A stretch of DNA of 64,000 nt, from contig OY776562.1 of NCBI GenBank assembly GCA_963675785.1, positions 3,008,001 through 3,072,000 on the forward strand, written 5' to 3'. The translations under genes and the position numbers were made by a program. The DNA is from Anaerolineae bacterium (GTDB lineage Bacteria; Chloroflexota; Anaerolineae; UBA1429). Positions 57,801-64,000 of this stretch are shown here, piece by piece (position 1 is the first letter of the stretch; each line of letters opens with the position of its first letter). Below the pieces are notes generated by a model. The model did not search any database. It saw only the letters and a list, made by a program, of their open reading frames with translations, and was not told where the DNA came from.

Positions 57801-58028
57801 GCCATGGTTGCGCATCCCCGCACAGGGACATCGGCTATGCTGGTTTCTTTGAACGATGATGCTGTTCTTGCTGATTATGGTCAAAATGGGCGGCTGTTGA
57901 GCACAGAATCTGAGGTTCGGCTTGCGGGTGGGCAGACAATTGAGTTTACTAGTTTTTACATCCTTGCGCCCAGCTCGGAGGATGTTTTAAAGTATCGTAT
58001 CCTGAGAGACATTGGCGCGGTCTCTTGA
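54882..58028 (+). CDS. Large GNAT-family N-acetyltransferase with beta-rich C-terminal domains
   Basis: N-terminal GNAT motifs LNVHPGYHGHSIGRKL and LHTWSANFKAVPAYKKTG; SD aaggag. Confidence 0.75.
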   Translation: MSDHSVYDDVLIRPLDIERDAEGLAEMWMASELAWPDGANRGIPVTPELAAEWEAERRLLIAYVAEIDGKVVGYCSFQKGEDEKEGEPYLGLLNVHPGYHGHSIGRKLVQTTIERSVAEGWKYQTLHTWSANFKAVPAYKKTGHFWAPDSSVLMENFVPGALQLSLAEPFFDRHDWYRCYAREIKQGWDDESWQGLAVYTYRWEAEGETLTLRYDRESRGLVSVETDDLGLSAVVDTREPLTGSSCKMIWQAINKGQSSVSISLRATADKGLTLDYAMMFVLAAGESRTLETKVKVADDASAETDRGTAPSVLTDWLVDGNRVEMKTGCKPKKPVVLSIYPDTLSLVPGRALDANIELHSELHEAAQVTVRLFCQEGLTADWCERVVILPLEGHIALPIRLCACKEGVFNLDVRLEGAPQPINETFQVFSVAAGGLVFDQSAKEARIETDRIRIKVASKRGDISVLDKASGVRLSKLSLTAAPPFSPLEFKTVSLESALSGSRVRVSMRGEAAHYEGLVLNALVEVAATGLGTIHAHIENQGAIVYDTGLALIVEPGNRDRLRMAHPGNSMSVLESASHYPSGSTDELRDPADYREPWLSWDRGDTKGGRLAAGVAWDDSLERLTNEWRIVFKNKGGKLNPGEKSDTVAYAFCGTCGSWQVAADLLRGWTGSVAEKPFGPSIAVLPESKVILTLANRIKTALTVSSVRRLPLEGRLALTADKGLAVSPDAFSLTNVVRGNDVRCETEIELGAAKQSVYGLNARLELPTEEHDYPFSVVRAGSHHVVEVTRTECEGQSVWHIDNGADRFAIAPSFGPSLTSWIHADGEMLASPFPQPEGFAWLYPSFGGLHPLLLPDSTNCWEGYLHSEKISTQELETNWAGLDWRGVRLTSMPEHKDLKGVCVELDYTTVGESSILRVVYRLINQRNTTSKKMVVGHTAKFTLGDDCRALVGRTPDTTRHPTNGASFIMGQPWAMVAHPRTGTSAMLVSLNDDAVLADYGQNGRLLSTESEVRLAGGQTIEFTSFYILAPSSEDVLKYRILRDIGAVS

Positions 58029-58077
58029 CGCAATGAAGCGGCGGAGTAATTCGGTTTGATGTATTGGGGAGAATAAC

Positions 58078-59151
58078 ATGAATCTGCGTATTCCAGGTCC
58101 CACGCCGTTGCCGCCTGACACACTGGAGGCTGTTGGCCGCCAGATGATCAACCATCGGGGTGTCGCTTTCTCTGATATGTTCAAGGAGATCACGGCTGGT
58201 CTCAAAACGATCTATGAGACCGAGAACGATCTCTTTGTGCTCACTTCATCGGGCACAGGAGGTATGGAAGCGGCTATCGCCAATACTCTTTCCCCTGGCG
58301 ATCGCGTTTTGGCAGTGCCTATGGGTGTATTTGGCGAGCGCTTTGCCAAAATCGCGCAAGCCTACTATGCCGACGTGGTCAGGCTCAAGGTGCCCATGGG
58401 GCAAGTCGCTGATCCCGACGAGGTTGCCAAGGTCATCCGCGAACAGGGGCCCTTTAAGGCCGTGTTGCTCACTCAGAACGAGACATCGTCGGCTGTTACT
58501 AACGATGTCGAGGCTTTGGCTAGGGCGATCTATGCGGCTGCCGATCCAGCGCCCCTGATCTTGGTGGATGGCATCAGTGGTATGGGGGCTATTCGCCTTC
58601 AAACCGATGCTTGGGGCATTGATGTGGCCATTAGCGGTTCGCAAAAGGCTTGGATGGCGCCTCCAGGATTGGCCTTTGTGAGTTTTTCTGAGCGCGCCTG
58701 GAAGGCTTATGAGACAGCCAAGAATCCCCGTTTCTACTTTGATCTGGGCGATGCCAAAAAGTATGCAGCAAGTGGGCAGACTCCATCAACCCCTAATGTT
58801 GCGGCGCTGTTCGGTCTACAGGTTAGCCTGAGATATATGGTTGGAGAGGGCGTTGAAAAATTGGCTGCATATCACCAGCAGATAGGTGATTATTGCAGGC
58901 AGAGCATGCTTGATTTAGGCTTAAAACTCTATGGCGATCCTGCGCATCGTTCCAATACGGTGACGGCCGTTGTGATTGAGGATCGGCCTGCGAAAGAAGT
59001 GCTCAAAAAACTCGTTTCAGAGTATGATATTCATTGTGGCGGTTCCAAGGACCCATCAGTCGAGATGGTTCGCATTGGCCACATGGGTTATGTATCTGAG
59101 GCCGATCTTGACGAGGTCTCAAAGGCTTTGGCCGAGATACTCGGCATCTAG
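58078..59151 (+). CDS. Class V PLP aminotransferase (alanine-glyoxylate/serine-pyruvate family)
   Basis: LRIPGPTP, SSGTGGMEA, NETS, VDGIS, SGSQKAW, RIGHMG. Confidence 0.93.
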   Translation: MNLRIPGPTPLPPDTLEAVGRQMINHRGVAFSDMFKEITAGLKTIYETENDLFVLTSSGTGGMEAAIANTLSPGDRVLAVPMGVFGERFAKIAQAYYADVVRLKVPMGQVADPDEVAKVIREQGPFKAVLLTQNETSSAVTNDVEALARAIYAAADPAPLILVDGISGMGAIRLQTDAWGIDVAISGSQKAWMAPPGLAFVSFSERAWKAYETAKNPRFYFDLGDAKKYAASGQTPSTPNVAALFGLQVSLRYMVGEGVEKLAAYHQQIGDYCRQSMLDLGLKLYGDPAHRSNTVTAVVIEDRPAKEVLKKLVSEYDIHCGGSKDPSVEMVRIGHMGYVSEADLDEVSKALAEILGI

Positions 59152-59160
59152 TATTCTACC

Positions 59161-59203
59161 AGAGACTCGGGGACCGGCGGTGCCCAGTCCTCGAGTTTCT
59201 TTT
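59161..59203 (+). terminator. Intrinsic terminator-like hairpin just upstream of murJ
   Basis: agagactcggggac / gtcctcgagtttct followed by TTTT. Confidence 0.65.
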
Positions 59204-59217
59204 ATTCGGAGATCCCC

Positions 59218-60846
59218 TTGGATAAAGATCCGCTTCTTCAGGACTTGCCAGAGAGCACAGCGCCCCAGACAGAAGCTGACAACACTGCCGGGCAAGTGCA
59301 GAATGTTTCTCTGGTGCGTTCGGCTGGCATCAACTCAATCGGTAATGTCCTCAGTCGGATCATCGGCATGCTCCGCGAGTCGCTCATCACCTACCGATTT
59401 GGGGCCAGTGGCTATACCAGCGCCTATGTGGCTGTCAGCCGTGTACCCAAAATGGTGTATGAGCTGCTCATTGGCGGTATGCTCAGTGCGGCTCTTGTAC
59501 CGGTGCTTTCTGAATATGCGGGTGATGATCGCAAAGAAGAGATGGATGAGATTCTCTCGACCGTTCTCACTTTGGCCGGGATCGTACTTTTCATCGTGGT
59601 GGTTTTGCTCGAACTCTCTTCACGTTTAGTTGCTTCTCTTCTTTTGGAATTCGATACTGAACTGCTGAATGTCGCTGTCACTCTGACACGCATCATCGTC
59701 CCCTCTATTTTCATTTACGGCATCTCGGGTATTTTGCAAGCCTTTCACTATGCCCGCCAGAAATTTGTCTATCCCTCCCTGGGCGCCCCCGCTCATAATC
59801 TGGGCATGGTGTTGAGCATTGTGCTTTTTGCTGGGCAATTCGGTATCAATACATTGGCAGTAGGCACGGTAGTTGCGGCACTATCTCAATTGGTGGTGCA
59901 ACTGCCTGGGCTCAAGGGGTTCCACTATCGCTTTTCACTAAACTGGCGACATCCGGCGATTTTGCGCATCCTACACCTTTATGGGCCGGTGATCGTTAGC
60001 ACTCTGGTTTCCAACATTGGCACAATTATTGACGCCAACTTGGCCTCCCGAACTGGCGAAGAAGCCATCACCTGGATGGCTAACGCTACTTTTTTGACAC
60101 AGCTTTGCGTGGGTCTGGTATCTATGGCTATTTCACTAGCCGTGCTACCGCGCCTTTCGCAAATTGATTTTGCGGTAGAGTTGGATCGCTTCAAGAGGAC
60201 ATTGGCCAGTGGATTGCGGTTGGTGCTGGCACTGATCATTCCCGCTGGCGTGGGGTTGTTGGTACTGGGTAAGCCGATTATTGAGTTGCTATTCGAACAT
60301 GGCGCTTTTGAGCCCAGCGATACGCAGCAGGCTTGGATGGCCTTGCTTTGTTATCTGCCGGGGCTGCCTTTTAGTGCCATTGACCTTCCTCTGGTCTTTT
60401 CGTTTTATTCGCAAAAAGACACCGTCACACCCGTCATCGTGGGCATTATTACGGTCGTTCTCTATGTCATTGTGGCGCCGCTTTTAGCTTTTGTAGCGGA
60501 CATTGGCTTTCTTGGCCTGGTGCTGGCCAACTCGTTACAACTCATCGCCCATGCTGTGCTGATGCTGATTTTGTTCAATCGTAGATTTGGAACGCTCAAA
60601 GGGTATGGTGTGGTGAGTACGGCTTTTCGCTCGCTAGGAGCTTCTGTACTGGTAGGGGCTTCAGCTTGGGCTGGTGTCATCATCATCGACCGACTGATGC
60701 CCACCACCAGCACATTGAGAGAGATAATATTGGTTGCAATCCCCATGGGCTTGGGTACGCTGGCCTACATGGTGGGGGCAAGGCTCTTCCGCATCCGCGA
60801 CATCAACAACTTGATGGATATGTTGCGAGCCCGTTTCTCTCGTTAG
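59218..60846 (+). CDS. murJ: Lipid II flippase MurJ
   Basis: LSRIIGMLRE, GGMLSAALVPV, LFEHGAF, FYSQKDTVTPV; about 14 TM helices. Confidence 0.92.
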   Translation: MDKDPLLQDLPESTAPQTEADNTAGQVQNVSLVRSAGINSIGNVLSRIIGMLRESLITYRFGASGYTSAYVAVSRVPKMVYELLIGGMLSAALVPVLSEYAGDDRKEEMDEILSTVLTLAGIVLFIVVVLLELSSRLVASLLLEFDTELLNVAVTLTRIIVPSIFIYGISGILQAFHYARQKFVYPSLGAPAHNLGMVLSIVLFAGQFGINTLAVGTVVAALSQLVVQLPGLKGFHYRFSLNWRHPAILRILHLYGPVIVSTLVSNIGTIIDANLASRTGEEAITWMANATFLTQLCVGLVSMAISLAVLPRLSQIDFAVELDRFKRTLASGLRLVLALIIPAGVGLLVLGKPIIELLFEHGAFEPSDTQQAWMALLCYLPGLPFSAIDLPLVFSFYSQKDTVTPVIVGIITVVLYVIVAPLLAFVADIGFLGLVLANSLQLIAHAVLMLILFNRRFGTLKGYGVVSTAFRSLGASVLVGASAWAGVIIIDRLMPTTSTLREIILVAIPMGLGTLAYMVGARLFRIRDINNLMDMLRARFSR

Positions 60847-60863
60847 ACTTGGGGCAATAGCAA

Positions 60864-61439
60864 CTAACGAGAGCCTTCCCACTTGGCCGGAATCTCTGGG
60901 GGTGTATAGGTCTCGATATAGTCGATCGCTTCAAGAGGCGTATCCTGGGTTACATAAAGCTGACGATAAACAGGGTAGGCAAAGCCTGTGTCAAAGAGGT
61001 GATCGAACATGTTAAGCAGAGGGTGGTAAAATCCGTTTGTGTTAAGCAGAACGATGGCCGAATCGATGTAGCGGAGCTGTTTGAGCGTTAAAACTTCAAA
61101 GAGTTCTTCAAGGGTGCCAAATCCGCCTGGCATGACGACAAAAGCATCCGCCCGCTCTTCCATGATGGCTTTTCTTTCAGCCATCGTTTCGGTAAGAATG
61201 AACTCATCTGCATCATCATAGGTGACATAATTCTCGGCAATGCGTCTGGGTACAACGCCAATAATGGCGCCGCCGGATTGGCGTACTGCTCTGGCCACAG
61301 TGCCCATAAGCCCGCTATCCGAGCCGCCATAGACGAGGTTGTGGCCTCTCTTGCCTATTTCCTGGCCCAGGGCCTTGGCAACCTCAAAGTATTCTTGGGC
61401 GATGTCATCGCTGGATGCACAGAAAACGCAGATATCCAA
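60864..61439 (-). CDS. LOG family nucleotide phosphoribohydrolase (TIGR00730)
   Basis: ICVFCASS, LVYGG..GLMG, MAERK, PGGFGTLEE; TTG start with SD ggaggt. Confidence 0.93.
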   Translation of the reverse strand: MDICVFCASSDDIAQEYFEVAKALGQEIGKRGHNLVYGGSDSGLMGTVARAVRQSGGAIIGVVPRRIAENYVTYDDADEFILTETMAERKAIMEERADAFVVMPGGFGTLEELFEVLTLKQLRYIDSAIVLLNTNGFYHPLLNMFDHLFDTGFAYPVYRQLYVTQDTPLEAIDYIETYTPPEIPAKWEGSR

Positions 61440-61547
61440 TTTACCACCTCCACGACATGCGCTAGTGCTTGGCACGCTTGTGTCTGGCTAGTATAATCCA
61501 TTTACTCGTGGGGATACAGTCCTAACACGCGTCACAGGGGGTGACAG

Positions 61548-62447
61548 ATGGATCTCCTGCAAGCAGTAATTTATGTCTTGCGCCGCTCGGGTGTGCCCAT
61601 GTCCGTAAAGGATGTGGCTCAGAGCGTGGTCAAGGCGAACCTGGCGGATATCGATCCCCAGCTATCTCTGGATGAGGTTACTGAGGCGCTATATTCTGCC
61701 TGCATCCAGATACCTGGTCCTGTGTGCGAGATTGATGATCGCATCCTCTCTCTTGTCGAGTGGGCGCTTCAGGATCCTCCGGATAACGTTCGCTTGATGG
61801 CAGAGGCGGAACTACAGCCTCAGCCTGAAATGGATGCCGAGACAATTGGGGTGGTGCGCGGTGCGCCCGAAGCCATACCCATGCCTGAATCAGAACCCGA
61901 CGAAGTCGAGCTTCCTGAACCTCCAGAATCCAAACAGCCCCTTGGCTCTCGCATATCCATCACTAATGTGACAGCTCTGGTACAAAATGAACCCGGATAT
62001 CCCTTTTTTGCGCATACACAAGAGTGCCTCAAGACGATATTGGTATGGGGTCTGTTGTGTGTGATCGCAGGCATCGTCAGCCTAATCGTTGGTGGCGCTT
62101 TTTGGCGATCTGCGGGCATTATCTGGTTGGCGGCTGGTTTTGTTCTGGCCGGTTTGGGCCTTTATGAGTTGCGCAAAAACTATATGACCGACCAGGCTGT
62201 TACAGCCGGTGTGCTTAACAAAAAGATGATTAAAAAACAGATTGCCGGATATCGCTTGGGCACGCTCATTGTTCTTGTTGTGGGGGGCGTATTGTTGATT
62301 TTGGGTTTTGTGCTCGGTTGGATTGCCGAATCCGGATCAAATATGCAGGGCTTTGGTTTGGGGATCTTTTCACAGGGCTTTATGGCATTGGTTCTTGTAG
62401 CCTTGGACTGGTGGTATGGTCAGGGAAAAGTCGCTTCTCGCGCATAG
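61548..62447 (+). CDS. HARE-HTH-like N-terminal domain, acidic Pro linker and 4-TM membrane domain
   Basis: LLQAVIYVLRRSGVPMSVKDVA...LSLVEW; four hydrophobic helices ending QGFGLGIFSQGF...D. Promoter TTGGCA-17-TATAAT upstream. Confidence 0.6.
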   Translation: MDLLQAVIYVLRRSGVPMSVKDVAQSVVKANLADIDPQLSLDEVTEALYSACIQIPGPVCEIDDRILSLVEWALQDPPDNVRLMAEAELQPQPEMDAETIGVVRGAPEAIPMPESEPDEVELPEPPESKQPLGSRISITNVTALVQNEPGYPFFAHTQECLKTILVWGLLCVIAGIVSLIVGGAFWRSAGIIWLAAGFVLAGLGLYELRKNYMTDQAVTAGVLNKKMIKKQIAGYRLGTLIVLVVGGVLLILGFVLGWIAESGSNMQGFGLGIFSQGFMALVLVALDWWYGQGKVASRA

Positions 62448-62527
62448 CTCGTTCTGCGAATGATTGTTGATTTCGGCACCCTCTGCTTGCGGGCACAGGG
62501 TGCCGTTCTTGCTTTTAGGATGGTTGT

Positions 62528-64000
62528 ATGGGCAAAAAGGTAGTCATTGTTGAATCCCCGGCCAAGGCCAAGACTATTGGCCACTACCTGGGCGATGAAT
62601 TCAGGGTGGTCGCTTCGGTCGGACATGTTCGTGATTTGCCGGCCCGTCGGTTAGGCATTGATATTAAAAAAGAGTTTGCGCCCGACTATGTGGTCGTGCC
62701 TCGCAAAGAAAAGGTCCTGGCCGAGATCCGCAAACAAGTTCAAGACTGTGAGCAGATATACCTGGCGACGGACCCCGACCGTGAAGGAGAGGCTATTGCT
62801 TGGCATGTCGTACAGGCTGTGGGCATTCCCCCAGAAAAGGCAGTGCGTATCTCTTTTGACCAGGTGACCAAGACGGCCGTGCAGGATGCTATGGCCCATC
62901 CGCGACAGATCGACATGCAGCTTGTGGATGCCCAGCAAGCCCGTCGCACGCTCGATCGTCTCGTCGGCTACAAGATCAGTCCGCTTTTAGGAAGGAATCT
63001 CAGCGCTGGACGAGTGCAATCTGTTGCGTTGCGCCTGGTAGTAGAACGTGAGTGCGAAATCGAGAGCTTTGTCCCTCAAGAGTATTGGTCGTTGGATGCG
63101 CTTTTCCGGCGCCGCGAGGGAGATTGCGAGACGTTTACCGCGCATCTGTTCAAAGTGCAAGGAGAGAACCCCGAGTTATCTTCTCGACAAGCTGTCGATG
63201 AGGTCCTGGCTGCATTGGAAGGCGTTGTACATCAGGTCAGCTCGGTCAAGCACGGCCACATCAAAAAGAAGCCCTCTCCTCCTTTTGTTACCAGCACGCT
63301 GCAATCTGAAGCCAGTTCTCGGCTTTATTTCACACCGCGCAAGACCATGCGCGTTGCCCAGCAGCTGTACGAAGGTATTGAATTAGACGGCGAGCGTATC
63401 GGGCTGATCACCTATATGCGTACAGATTCAACGCATGTAGCCCCAGAGGCACAGACAGAGGCGCGGCAGTTGGTGGAGCAAGTCTGGGGCAAAAACTATT
63501 TACCGGCCCAACCACCCAACTATGTTACCAAAGCCAAGTCTGCCCAAGAGGCTCACGAAGCGATTCGACCGAGCTCTATACTTCGTACTCCTAAAGCAAT
63601 GAGCAAGCATTTGGATGCTGACCAGAAAAAACTCTACGAACTCATTTGGAAGCGCTTTGTGGCCAGCCAGATGGCGCCGGCTGAATATGATACGACCACA
63701 GTTGATATTCAGTCCGGGCCGAACTATGTGTTTCGCGCGAATGCGCGCAAGTTAGTCTTCCCCGGATATCTAGCGGTCTATCAGACCGAAGAAGATCAAG
63801 AGGACAAGGAAGATCATCTCCCTCCTTTACACCAGGGTGAGGCACTCGATCTTTTGGAACTGTTGCCTGAACAGCACTTTACAGAGCCACCTCCGCGCTA
63901 TTCTGAGGCGACGCTCATCAAAGAGCTTGAGGCGCGCGGAATCGGGCGGCCATCAACTTATGCCTCTATTGTTATGGTCATTCAGGATCGCGAGTATGTG
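62528..64000 (+). CDS. topA: DNA topoisomerase I, 3'-truncated (missing from the ORF track)
   Basis: Manual translation: MGKKVVIVESPAKAKTI, SVGHVRDL, LATDPDREGEA, SAGRVQS, ITYMRTDS, AHEAIRP, GIGRPSTY; runs off the window end. Confidence 0.96.
   Translation, partial: MGKKVVIVESPAKAKTIGHYLGDEFRVVASVGHVRDLPARRLGIDIKKEFAPDYVVVPRKEKVLAEIRKQVQDCEQIYLATDPDREGEAIAWHVVQAVGIPPEKAVRISFDQVTKTAVQDAMAHPRQIDMQLVDAQQARRTLDRLVGYKISPLLGRNLSAGRVQSVALRLVVERECEIESFVPQEYWSLDALFRRREGDCETFTAHLFKVQGENPELSSRQAVDEVLAALEGVVHQVSSVKHGHIKKKPSPPFVTSTLQSEASSRLYFTPRKTMRVAQQLYEGIELDGERIGLITYMRTDSTHVAPEAQTEARQLVEQVWGKNYLPAQPPNYVTKAKSAQEAHEAIRPSSILRTPKAMSKHLDADQKKLYELIWKRFVASQMAPAEYDTTTVDIQSGPNYVFRANARKLVFPGYLAVYQTEEDQEDKEDHLPPLHQGEALDLLELLPEQHFTEPPPRYSEATLIKELEARGIGRPSTYASIVMVIQDREYV

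Overview
A 64-kb core-chromosome segment, most likely from an anaerobic Chloroflexota (Anaerolineae-like) bacterium. This is inferred from the long coiled-coil insert in RpoC, Thr/Pro-linker lipoproteins, DUF4013/DUF2085/zinc-ribbon membrane proteins and the SOR-rubrerythrin pair. It holds about 48 closely packed genes. Information and housekeeping genes: rpoC without rpoB, priA, topA (partial), xerD-like, rqcH, rsmD, mnmE, tmk, gmk, darA, punA, lepB. Cell-envelope genes: Slt, PBP1A, MurJ, two deacetylase lipoproteins, a PA14 protein, beta-propeller lipoproteins and a GT4. Sugar metabolism: GH116, GH20, GH95, araB, LarA family. There is also an oxidative-stress cluster, plus many clear intrinsic terminators and sigma70-type promoters. 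I found no rRNA, tRNA, CRISPR array, IS or prophage, and no unmistakable new multi-gene system. The best leads are: a stand-alone rpoC with its own consensus promoter and structured leader; a multi-stem, switch-like RNA leader before one degV and an SD-sequestering leader before the other; a HARE-HTH/membrane fusion next to topA; an R3H-ATPase-tmk-darA-gmk operon; an Ig-like domain shared by PBP1A and an envelope-cluster protein; and variant catalytic motifs in RsmD and XerD. All product calls come from motif recognition by eye, not database searches.
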